64,000 bases of DNA. Origin: Salisapilia sapeloensis CBS 127946. Its lineage: Eukaryota; Protista; Oomycota. Where the stretch lies: positions 1 through 64,000 of the forward strand of contig JAADVB010000022.1 in the NCBI GenBank assembly GCA_023334545.1. The letters run 5' to 3'. Shown in pieces: positions 11,809 to 23,135 of the stretch. The notes under the pieces are model-generated. The model was given only the letters and a program-made list of their open reading frames with translations. It was not told the DNA's origin and searched no databases. A program made the translations under genes and the position numbers. Each line of letters starts with the position of its first letter. Within the stretch, counting starts at the first letter, position 1.

Positions 11809-14800
11809 ATGCATTTGCTCAATCTTACGCTCCAACCACCATCGGGTATCAACTTGGCAGTGTATGGAAACTTTTCCGGGGCCCAGGCGCAAGAATTTGT
11901 TGTCGCAAGGGGCAATGTCTTGCAGCTCTTACGGCCGGATGAGACTGGGAAACTGGAAAGCATCATTTCCACTGAAGTCTTTGGCTCCATACGATCCCTC
12001 CAGTCATTTCGTCTTACTGGAGACTCGCATGACTACCTCGTTGCTGGTTCGGACTCGGGAAAGCTTGTTGTATTGGAAGTGAATGCACAGCAAAATCGTT
12101 TTGAAGTGCGTCAGAATGAGACGTATGGTAAAACCGGCAGTCGTAGGATTACACCAGGCCAACACCTCGCAGCTGATCCGAAAGGAAGAGCGGTCATGGT
12201 CGCTGCGGTCGAAAAACAAAAGCTCGTATACGTGATGAACCGCGATGCATCCAATCGATTAACAATTTCATCTCCTTTGGAAGCTCATCGATCCAATGCT
12301 ATCCTGTTCAGTGTCGTCGGTGTAGATGTAGGCTTTGAAAATCCCATTTTCGCATGCTTAGAACTGGATTACGCTGACGCAGATGCGGATCCAAGTGGCG
12401 CGGCGGCAAAAGAAGCTGAAAAGACAGTCGTGTTCTATGAATTAGATCTAGGATTGAACCACGTGACTAGAAAGTGGAGTGAAACAGTCGTCCGTTCCGC
12501 GAATAAGCTTGTGGCGGTGCCTGGTGGAGGCGAAGGACCAGGTGGAGTACTCGTTTTGGGTGAAAACGTCGTCCAGTACAAGAACGAAGGTCATACGGAA
12601 GATCTGTCGTGCTACATCCCTCGCCGGGAAGGAGAGAAGAGAGATGTCTTGGTCGTTGCGTCAGCTACGCACAAGCAGCGGGGCTTGTTCTTCGTTCTGC
12701 TGCAGACAGAGTTGGGTGATCTATTCAAGATATCTCTCGACTACACTGGATCCACCGTACAGGAGATTAGCGTCCAATTCTTCGACACAATTCCTGTCGC
12801 TACAGCGTTGTGTATTACGAAGACTGGACAGCTCTTTAGCGCGTCGGAGTTTAGCAATCACTACTACTTCCAGTTCCTCAGCATCGGAGACGATGACACG
12901 CAAGCAGTCCGTTCTTCTTCCTCCGACATGACGGATGGAAGTGGTGGCAAGGAGTTCCAGTTGCGTGCGCTAAAGAACCTCCAGCTGCGCCACGTGGCCC
13001 AGAGCTTAAGTCCAGTGACGCAGCTTGTGGTAGACGATCTCGCGAATGAAAGAACGCCCCAGCTGTATGCTCTTTGTGGACGAGGCAACCGTTCATCCTT
13101 GCGAGTGCTTCGACACGGCCTGCCTGTGACTGAGATGGCTGCCAGTCCGTTGCCTGGTATAGCCAAGAACGTATGGTGCTTGAAAAGCTCTTTTGCAGAT
13201 GAACATGACAGGTACATTGTCGTGAGTTTCGAGAACGCGACGCTGGTACTAGAAGTCCAGGATCGTGTCGAACAAGTCACCGACTCTTCTTTCGTCACGA
13301 ATCGCGAATCGTTACTCGTATCTCTCTTGGAAGATGACTCGACGTTGCAAGTGCATACAGGTGGCCTGCGTCACGTCCGGAAGCATCAACCCGTGACGGA
13401 GTGGAAGGCACCAGGTAAAAAGGTAGTCGAAAGGTGTGCTGCCAATTCTCGGCAGGTAGTCATTTCCCTTGCTGGTGGTGAGTTGATCTACTTCGAACTC
13501 GGACCGTCGGGAGAGTTAGCGGAAAAGGGACAATTGGAACTCGGGTTTGAAGTGTGTAGTCTCGACGTCGGTGAAGTGCCACCTGGTCGACAACGTTTCC
13601 CGTTCCTAGCAGTCGGTAGTTGGGATAACACCGTCCGACTCTTGTCGTTGGACCCAAACGATTTGTTCCGTCAAAAGTCTACATTGGCTCTGACGTCCCA
13701 TCCGCATACGCTCTGTATCGCTCGACTGCAGAGCGATGCAGGAGCAGACAGCTCGACACTGTACTTGAACATCGGCCTGGACAACGGTGTGCTCCAGCAG
13801 AGCAAATTGGATCCAGTGACGGCGACGCTATCCGACTCTCGCTCTCGCTTCCTCGGTGCACAGCCAGTCAAGCTTAGTCGCGTTATGGTGGAGGACCAGA
13901 AAGCGCTCTTAGCTCTCTCATCTCGTCCGTGGCTCTCCTACTTCCACCAGACGAGGCGTCAACTGACACCGTTGTCGTGTGAACCGATCGTGTCTGCAAG
14001 TTCCTTCTCGTCCAGTGAGTTCTCGAGCGGTATTGTCGCTGTGAATGACGAAGGGATGAAGATCTTAACGGTGGATCAGTTAGGAGAAACGTTCAACCAA
14101 CAACGGTGCGCTCTGCGTTATACGCCACGCAAGGCAGTCGTCCACCCATCGTCTCGACGTCTTGTCATCATCGAAAGTGACCATAATGAATTTAATGCTG
14201 CGTACAAGCGAGAGCACAATATTCCGATCCCAGACCTTGCGACGAATGCAGCAAACGACGAAGACGACGAGCAAGATCCGAGTGATACGCTCCTGTTCCA
14301 GCACGGACCGATGCCTGTGGAAAAGAACAAGTGGGCATCCTGTATTCGTATCTTTGATCCTGTTGCATGCCAGACGGTGACGTGTCTCGAGTTGGATGAA
14401 GACGAGTGTGCCAAGAGTCTTACCACGTGCGTCTTCCACGGACGTGGTGGCGAGGTCTTTGTCGTCGTTGGGTCTGTTAAACAAATGCAGTTGCACCCGA
14501 TCCGACCTGGCGCTGGTGGCATGATTCGTGTTTACCGTGTCGTCAATGGACAGGAGCTCGTGCTCGTACACGCGACGGAGGTGAATGGCATCCCACATGC
14601 GCTATGTGAGTTCCAAGGCAGACTGCTTGTGTCGTTAGGAAAGTCTGTCTGTCTTTTCGATTTGGGAAAGAAGAAGCTTTTGAAAAAGTGTGAGAACAAG
14701 AACTTCCCGTCGGCTATCATCGACTTGAAGGCGGCGGGGGATCGAATTTACGCCGGAGACATGCGCGAGTCGTTCCATTTGGTCAAGTACAAGAGCGAAG

Positions 14801-15451
14801 AGAATCAGCTACTGATCTTTGCAGATGATACCGTCCCACGCATGCTCACGGCGAGCACATTGCTCGACTATGACTCATTAGCTGGTGCAGATAAATTTGG
14901 AAATATCTTCGTCACGAGACTTCCTGCCGAGATCTCGGATGAAATGGACAATCCGACGGGAAACCGCATGCTGTGGGACACTGGGCTCTTGAATGGAGCG
15001 CCGAACAAACTGGAGCAGGTATATCTTACTACTTTTTATTAGCTTTTGGTACAGTACTAATGATTAAGAATAGGTGGCGCAATTCCATGTCGGCGATGTC
15101 GTCACGTCGATGGTGCGTACGAATCTGATGCCGGGCGGAATGGAAGCGATTGTCTATGCGACGGTCATGGGTCGAGTCGGAGCCCTCGTGCCATTCACTT
15201 CGAGGGAAGATGTGACGTTTTACACGCACTTGGAAATGTACATGCGACAGGAGAAACCGCCACTGTGCGGTCGGGATCATCTGTCGTACCGTTCCTACTT
15301 TATTCCGGTAAAGAACGTGACGGACGGTGATTTGTGTGAACAATTCGCGACGTTGGATGCAGAGAAACAAGAGAAAGTTGCGGAAGATCAGGATCGGACG
15401 CCAATGGAGGTGCTGAAAAAGCTCGAGGATATCCGTAATCGCCTTCTATAA
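11809..15451 (+). CDS. SF3B3: Splicing factor 3B subunit 3 (SAP130/Rse1); intron 15019-15073
   Basis: MHLLNLTLQPPSGI, ETYGKTGSRRITPGQHLAADPKGRA, SSPLEAH, LGLNHVTRKW; C-terminal GRDHLSYRSYFIPVKNVTDGDLCEQF...KKLEDIRNR. Confidence 0.97.
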
Positions 15452-15536
15452 CACGCTTTGTCATGCTATGATGCAAGAGGAAATACAGCAAGGCCATTTA
15501 ACGAGCTTACACTAGTTTTCTATTTGCTTTAACGTA

Positions 15537-16284
15537 TTATGCTTGTGTCATGAGGTGCGACGGCCATTGCATGCCTTTCTGTTGAAATAAAGACTGCTCA
15601 ATCTGTCGTCGTAACTCTTGTAGGACAGAGATGCGTAAACGAAAGTTCTGTATAAAGTAAGATATAAGTGACGCAATGTGTGAAGGAAGTGTGCACAACG
15701 TTACCGGAAATGGTAAGACCATGCTTTCTGAGTCGTCGACCGTGAAGGCAAGGTAGTACACAACGTCATCGAACGTAATGGCTTCGTTAATGATAACGGC
15801 ACTGACTGTTGAGAGTTCAATGAACTGAATGCATGTGAATTATTAAATAGAGTAAGGGTGGATAATATGCATGTCAGTTGTACTTGAGTTGATCGTGCTC
15901 CATTTCGTCGTGTTGTGGTGAGTTGGATACCGGATGCAGGAATGACCATTAATGATTCTACAAGTTAAAGTTAACAATGGTGCTTGTTACATGAGCACAG
16001 ACAGTGTGGGTATAACAAAAGCAACCTTCCATAATGGTATAGCCATCATATAAGTTTGCAAGTCCTGTGAATACTGCAATAGCACAAAGTACCGCGAAGA
16101 GTCCCGAGTAGTCATTGTGCTGAGTCATAGCCCACAGACTCAAGCTGATGCCTGTAGATACGCCAAAAAGTATCATGAACAGCACTCCAACTGTACCTGA
16201 AGGTTGACTCGCACATTTTGCTCGATATTCGCTGCAATGTGCTCCGTATGCGTCCACTTGGAGCTCCACATCCTGTTTGCTCAT
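15537..16284 (-). CDS. PIGH: GPI-GlcNAc transferase complex subunit PIG-H-like (multi-exon)
   Basis: Two N-terminal hydrophobic helices. An internal exon reads FIELSTVSAVIINEAITFDDVVYYLAFTV (PIG-H IINEAI..VIYYL motif). The last exon is NFRLRISVLQEL...MTQA*. Exon junctions are approximate. Confidence 0.72.
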
Positions 16285-16381
16285 TTCGTGTCAGAATTTC
16301 GTGTCTACAGTCTGTTTTTCGGATTGCCGCCAAACGATATCTTTTCATGAGACAGCAACGACTTTGACAACCAAACCAAAA

Positions 16382-17233
16382 ATGACAACCAAAGATGCTA
16401 GAAGAGCTCAAAATGGACAGCTACACGCTCAAAGCGAGCACGATATCGATTTGATACCGCCACAAAGTGAAGATTTACCACTACCTGAAGCAACTATAGC
16501 CGAAGGAACGTCAGATGAAGCCAATAGACCTGCTCCAGAGATACTACTCCCGGGCATGGTACTGCTTCGACGCTATTTGAGTCCTAGTCAGCAGCAAGAA
16601 TTAGTTAACGAAGCAAACATTCTCGGTAAAGGCCAAGGAGGATTTTACAAACCCACTTATGCGAGTGGTGCCAAATGCAGACTGCATCAAATGTGCGTTG
16701 GGCGACATTGGAATGTTGTGTCCGAGACATATGAAAGTGTACGCACGAACTTTGACAACGCTACTGTACCCCCTCTGCCTGAAAGCTGGATTAAACTCGC
16801 AGTGGAAAGCTGTCAAGTGGCGACAAGTATCGATTCAAATGTAATGGGAACATGCGACGCGCTGGTACCTGACGTTTGCGTGGTGAATTACTACAAGAAA
16901 GCAGGCAGGAATGGCCTTCACATTGACAAAGACGAAAGCAATCGAGCCTTGGAGATGGGTTCACCAGTCGTCTCATTTTCTATCGGCTGCACAGGTGACT
17001 TTGCATATGCAGATCACTATCCTGAAGGCAAAGAGCCGGTCCCAGTAGTCAAGCTAGAGTCCGGGGATGTCCTCGTCTTTGGCGGTCCAGCGCGAAAAGT
17101 TGTCCACTCCCTAACGAGAGTCTATGGCAACACGATGCCGTCGTGGCTACGAATGAAACCAGGCCGGCTAAACTTCACCTTTCGAGAGTATGAACCGAAA
17201 AAAATGACTAGCGGTGGACAGAAACCAATGTAA
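16382..17233 (+). CDS. AlkB-family 2OG-Fe(II) dioxygenase
   Basis: VNYY, HxD motif GLHIDKDE, VSFSIG, LESGDVLVFGG, H in VVHSLTRV and RLNFTFR. Likely start ATG at 16382. Confidence 0.88.
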   Translation: MTTKDARRAQNGQLHAQSEHDIDLIPPQSEDLPLPEATIAEGTSDEANRPAPEILLPGMVLLRRYLSPSQQQELVNEANILGKGQGGFYKPTYASGAKCRLHQMCVGRHWNVVSETYESVRTNFDNATVPPLPESWIKLAVESCQVATSIDSNVMGTCDALVPDVCVVNYYKKAGRNGLHIDKDESNRALEMGSPVVSFSIGCTGDFAYADHYPEGKEPVPVVKLESGDVLVFGGPARKVVHSLTRVYGNTMPSWLRMKPGRLNFTFREYEPKKMTSGGQKPM

Positions 17234-17380
17234 AGATGCACATTCTGTACAAGTCTTAACCTCCGCTCTATTTCGCTCGAAAGCATATCTATAAAGAACT
17301 TTCAAGTGTCCATAAGTAGCGTCTTAAAAGCAAAAAGGAATGAAAAATTGTCCAAAGTTCATCTACTGTGCACAGCTGAG

Positions 17381-19337
17381 CTACAGTTCATACGACGCAC
17401 GACTATCTTCGTCGTCGTCTTTTTGTCGGCTCGCTGAAAAGTCGCTCGCTTTCAGTCCACCAGGTGACCCGACGGAGCTAGATCGGCCATCCGAAAACGC
17501 GACCGAGTTATCGTCATAACTGTTGCGACTGCTCAGCACGGAGCCGTCCATGACTTGCCTCTCACGAGGTCCGGACTCGGCAAACGAATGCTTCTCGCTT
17601 CCTCTTGTCTCCATCGCACTCAGCCACGGGTTGTTCGGGTCGTTTCCAGTCGAATCCATGGACATTCGGTTCTGAGGTGCTTCCGTGTCGTAGTGGTACT
17701 GGCCATTGTCCCCAGGAGACGTAGATGCGTCGTAGAACTGCGTGTAGGCGACGCCAGCCTCGTCGGCAGCTGGCGTATTCGTTTTGTCCATATCTGACAG
17801 TCGGTTCCGATTGTAGCTGCTGTTCGTGCTACTGTCACTAGCACCCTGATTGTAGGCTACACCTGCCGCAGCACCAGAGGTACCAGCTGCAGACTCGGCG
17901 GCACCATTCGTTCCCTTGTCCATGGATAAATTGAACGGTGACAATGGATCGTCATGGTCATCTTCACGCCTGCGTTTGCGACGCATGACACAACCGATGA
18001 TGAGTCCAATGGCGGTGACACCGACGACGATACCGATGATCATTCCGATGAGAGCGCCTGTGCTCAAGCCGTTACTGCTTTCCGTGCTTTGACTAGCGTC
18101 TGCGCTGGTGGTACCACCTACGAGGAGCATAACGTTAGAATCCTAATATGATCCTTTTTACTATAAATAGCGATGTTAGTGCTATATTCGCCATGCCAAG
18201 ACTCACGATTGGAGGATTCAGCAGGCGGGTTAGACTGAGAGGAAGAAGAAGAAGTAGCTGGTACACTAGTAGGTGCAGTAGACGTACTTTGACTGCTGGT
18301 GGAGGATGAAGCTGAAGATCCAGAAGGTCATTCGCAAGCACAAACGACGCATAATTGAACGTTAGCTTATCAATTTATGATGTAATAAACAAATGTGATG
18401 TACCTGGAGCACCTCCATCAGTCGTGGAGCCACCGGAAGTGGAGGGTGTCGTCGGATTGCCGTTTTGATCCGTCGGCTGACTGCCTTGGTTTGGACCTGC
18501 CGCGCCTCCTTGGTCCGGTTGACCCGGATTCTGACCTGTCTGACCATCGCCACCATTTCCGTTCCCTGGTGCACCATTTTGGCCCTGTCCAGGACTTCCA
18601 CCTCCATCGTTGTTATTACCCTGATCACCACCACCATTAGCATTACCGCCGTTAGCAGGGGGATTGGCCTGGTTTCCGCCGCCACCGCCGCCATTGTCGG
18701 TATTGCCTTGGTTGTTGTTGTTGTTGTTCCCGCCGGGATTCTCCTGACCACCACCACCTCCGCCAGCGTTACCGCCCTGGTTGCCACCTTGGTTACCACC
18801 AGTGGCGCCGCCATTGTTGCCATTTCCCTGATTACCACCACCAGTGTTCCCACCACCGCCATTATTGTTGCCCTGGTTCCCACCGCCGGTATTACCACCG
18901 ACGCCGTTACCACCGTTGTTACCTCCCTGGCCACCGCCGCCACCGCCGCCCCCGCCGCCAGTACCACCACCACCGCTGCTACCGCCGTTGTTCTGGCCAC
19001 CGCTATCGCCACCGCCGCTGTTCTTGGAGCTGCTTCCTTTACCCCCATCACCATCGCCGCCGTTGTCACTGCTACCTCCATTGGAGGACGTCCCTGAAGT
19101 ATCGGGGCTCGGAGACGGTGGGTCTGGTGAATCCCCACCACCACCTTGCGAACCATCGGTGGGAGACGTTTCGCCTTGACTGCCACCACCGTCTTGGAGG
19201 AGACGAGGGCCACGAAGGCCCCGAAGGCTCACAGGCATGCGCTCTGGTTTATCTTCATCTATGCCTGCGATGGCATGGTCGCCTGTGACTGCGTGGGTCG
19301 CAGCGAGTATTAATAGCACGGTCGATGCGAGGCGCAT
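17381..19337 (-). CDS. Type I membrane protein: signal peptide, Gly/Asn/Gln-rich then Ser/Thr-rich ectodomain, one TM helix, cytoplasmic tail (3 exons)
   Basis: MRLASTVLLILAATHAVTG signal peptide and GGN-rich exon 1. Intron from 18403, short S/T exon (ASSSTSSQSTSTAPTSVP...), second intron, then LSTGALIGMIIGIVVGVTAIGLIIGCVM followed by RRKRRR. Splice phases join in frame. Confidence 0.8.
18560..19210 (-). repeat. Coding low-complexity GGN/GGY tract (poly-Gly/Asn, imperfect GGNQGNN repeats)
   Basis: Dense ccaccaccg/gttgttgtt runs on the + strand, translating to GGNQGNNNGGGGNTGGGNQGNGNNGG. Confidence 0.85.
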
Positions 19338-19649
19338 AACGGACGATTAAAGTAGTCGAAAGTGAAAGGCTTAGGTTTCTTCTGCCAGCTACGTACGCGA
19401 CTAGGAAGTTTCGTGTTCCGCTGTCGGTTAATGGGTCGAGGCTACTCGCCAAATAAAGGGATAGGACGATAGAAGTAGTCGCTACGCCCTGAACGTAATG
19501 AACGAGAGCGAGGTGATCGTCTATTCGTAGGAAAGAATATTAGGATTTGAGGTAAATTTCGATAAATATATGATAATATGCACGGATTAATATTTAAAAT
19601 GTATATTCTCAATAGAAAATGTGTATTTACTATATGCTAAAAAGTGGGT

Positions 19650-20600
19650 ATGCAAAGTCTAATTCGGCGTTTGAGGTACTAATTTGCATTTAAATCGTCG
19701 TAAGAAGGCATTACGCATGCTAGTGAATTGGGTCAGTTGAGTTGACTCGCATTAGTTCAAGGCTCCGTGTGCGGACGTTCGACTTGCGTACATTCGTCTC
19801 CACGCATTCACTGCCCATTTTGTCGCTGGGTGTGCATGAGAAAGATTGATGCTGATCCACGACATGGCGTGAACCCAGAAATGGTTGCCTTGAGACACTT
19901 TATGTTCGTATCTTTGGCTGAATGCACGCTAAAAGGTCACTTTCACTGTGCACATCCAAGGGTGCACTCTGGCACTGATGTGATCGGCGAAAGGATCGTT
20001 AGATCGCAGAAAGCAATTGCTACGATAGAAGGCTGAAACAATGCCGAATTGATCACATGACAAGCACGGATATTTTGCTGTATGAACTTCCAAAAGCTTT
20101 ACCCGTGGCAAAGTCCATCAATACTGTGCCCTCTCAGTGGCAGTTAGCATAGACATGTCTCCCGAGAAAAAGATCCTCACAACGATGCTACTGCAAAACG
20201 CTTATCGTCACCGTTAGAGCCGATATAGACGACACTCGATTGGAATTATCAGGACATGCCATGTTCGAATGACCATATTCGAATGAAGTAGATTAAATGT
20301 GACTAACCAAGCTCTATAGCGATGGAAGACTCGATGAAGGATCCAATCGGACTTGGTAGTTTCGATCTTGAAAAGCAACCATTCCTTATGTCCAATTTAC
20401 TTCTGCAGTAACTGGACAATTGCATGCCGAGAATTATATAGAACATGCGTCAGCTTTTACCACCTATCCACTGTCTACGAAGCTTTTCTGCCTGCTTTCA
20501 TTGTTCCACTATCTTTTATCGAGCTAAAATAGTAACCTCGATACTTCTAACGTTCTATTCGACGTATATAGCGATGACAAGCAGCAGATGAACGCTTTAT
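19650..20600 (-). mobile_element. Possible very old copia-like RT/RNaseH relic
   Basis: LLLVIAIYVE* (like YVDD, 20566-20558) and, 43 codons later in the same frame, FYIILGMQL. Weak FAVASL and ISTSNAEL matches lie further downstream. Several stops; a chance match cannot be excluded. Confidence 0.25.
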
Positions 20601-20781
20601 TCCACGTAGATACCCAAATTGCTATGTGCATCCTTGCCTTTATCCTACACAAACCTTACGTTGCTATCCTCCACCAAGCCAAAAACGCCTGCTATGGTTA
20701 CTCGAAAAAGCTCATGGTGTCACGGGTACCTGATATGTACCAGTTTGAGCATTCATTTTGCCCAACACAAGTCAAATCGAC

Positions 20782-22760
20782 ATGAAGGTGTGGCGTCGAG
20801 GGCTTTCGGTGCTTACGAACCCGCAATGGGTGCGTCCTGGGGCACATGACTACCTTAAAGAAGTTCTGGAGAGTCGCGTATATGAAGTGGCAAAGCAAAC
20901 ACCTTTGCGCTATGCTCCCGCCATCTCGGAGGCATTGCCTGGTAATTGTCAAGTGCATCTGAAGCGAGAGGTGTGTGCATGGAGCTATATCATTCAAGTC
21001 TCATTCGTGCTAACTAAATAGTGTATGTAGGATATGCAACCAACCTTTTCGTTCAACCTACGAGGAGCATACAACAAAATTGCTAGTCTCACCCTGGAGC
21101 AGCGTCAAAACGGGATCGTTGCGTGTGCTGCAGGCAACCATCTTCAGGTATGTTCCTAGCTTTGCATCCAAGTCTCTGTTGTGTGTTCTAAGCTGTATAT
21201 CGCACTAGGGTGTAGCATACTCTGCTATGAAACTGGGAATTGACGCTGTCATTGTTGCGCCCATCGGGTCGAATCAGCACATGGTACCTTCCTCTTTTCG
21301 CTAGAAAGGGATAAAAGTCTAATGCATCATGTAGCAATTTGATCTGGAAGGAGCCAATGTGACCGTAATTGAACGAGGCAATGATTTTGAAAGCGCTTTG
21401 GTACGACATGATATCCATCCTCCTTCTCGACTCTGATTTCTCACCTCATAGATAATAGAATGAAGCATCTCGTATTGCTCGTCGGGACGGACGGTCTTTC
21501 ATCCATCCATTTGATGACCCGCATGTGATTGCTGGCAATGGAACGATCGGTATGGAGATCCTCAAGCAGACTGCCGGGAACTGGCCAGACGCGATCTTCA
21601 CAACTGTCGGTGGCGGCGGACTTCTCTCTGGCATCGCATCGTACGTAAAGGAAGTCGCACCGTCTGTCAAAGTGATTGGTGTCGAGACAGAAGGCGCCAA
21701 CATCCTACAGGAATCCTTGCAACAAGGCAGTCGCCTCACGTTCCCATCGGTCAATCGTTTTGCTGATGAAGTTGGCATTACGTCCGTCGGAAAAGAAAAC
21801 TATCGTCTATGCCGTGAACTTGTCGATGGCGTCGTGACAGTGACGACGGATGAGATTTGTTCAGCGATTAAAGACGTCTTTGGCGACACACGATCTGTCA
21901 TGGAACCTGATGGTGCTATTAGTGTAGCTGGTGCGAAAAAGTATGCGCAGATGTATCAGACGGAGAATGAGCGCTACGTCTGTGTCTTAGCTGCTGCGAA
22001 CATGGACTTCGATCGTCTTCGTTTCGTAGCTGAACGGTATGATTATCAATGAATCCGCTCGTGCTTTAGTCTAATCAGAAGGTAGATCGGACGATCGAGA
22101 GCGATTCATGTACATTCGCATTCCAGAAGCAAGTGGCATGTTCCAACGATTGTACCAAGTCATCTGTACGTATATCCGTACGAATGAACGAAGCAAGAAG
22201 ACTGATATAGTTATGGACGCGTAGATCCTCGTAATGTGACCGAGTTCTCGTACCGGATGACGGAGGAAGGAGACAAGGAAGCTCGTATTTGCTTGAGCAT
22301 TCAAACACCGAGTGCCCATGAATTCAGCACGGTCATTGATGAGATCAATGGTCAAGAGGGAATGCGTGCGACTGATCTATCGGACAATGAACTAGCCAAA
22401 GCGCATCTTCGCCATCTCGTTGGTGGTCGACCCGACAGCGTACGCCCATCGACATATTCTCTCAAGTAAACCCACTCATATCAGTACTAGGTATCCCACG
22501 AGAGATTGTTCCGACTGGAATTTCCCGAGCGTCCAGGTGCATTGAAAGACTTTCTCGAGGCGCTAGGCGACGCGCCGGAGGGTCAATGGAACGTTAGTCT
22601 ATTCCACTATCGCAACCATGGCGCCGACATTGGTCGAGTCCTCGTGGCGTTCCAAGTCCCATCGGAGCAAGACGCCTCGTTCTCCAGTTTCCTCGAAAAG
22701 CTCGGCTTTGACTATGTCGAAGAGACCAGTAACCCAGCATACACGCAATTCCTTCAGTAG
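20782..22760 (+). CDS. Threonine deaminase (IlvA)-like protein with two ACT-like regulatory domains; PLP lysine replaced by Asn (probable pseudoenzyme); multi-exon
   Basis: [115 protein letters not shown] and [12 protein letters not shown]. About 7 short GT-AG introns. Confidence 0.88.
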
Positions 22761-23135
22761 ATCTGCTCTATCTTCAAGTTCCGTCGCACTTGATCGAATG
22801 TATCTGTTGTGTGGGCATCGTCTCGTTTTATACCTGTCGTTTGCGTTTACCTAGATGCTAGTATGTGTGTCCCAAAGCGAGTTACATCCGACCTCACAAA
22901 AAGCTACTTGAGAAGGAGAGGGAAGAAGGAAGCTTTGTACGACAAGTTGATCTGACAAGACGTTAACGTTTACTAGTCTCTCGCTTGTATACACACAAGA
23001 GGATTCTCTTCACTAGTTTCAAGATCGAGTGGTGAAGAACTTGAGTACAAGTACACGAAAAGCTTCGAGTCGTACATTGAAAGATACCGATTCGTTCCAT
23101 CTCGACTTTCCCTCCTACATTTCTCTTTTATCGAC

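Noticed and set aside
18362-19213. Alternate-frame Val/Ala-rich and poly-Pro ORFs
   Set aside because: Frame artefacts of the GGN repeat in the Gly-rich gene.
19200-19337. RxLR effector call for the SLRGLRGPRLL segment
   Set aside because: No true RxLR followed by dEER, and the protein has a TM anchor and cytoplasmic tail, unlike RxLR effectors.
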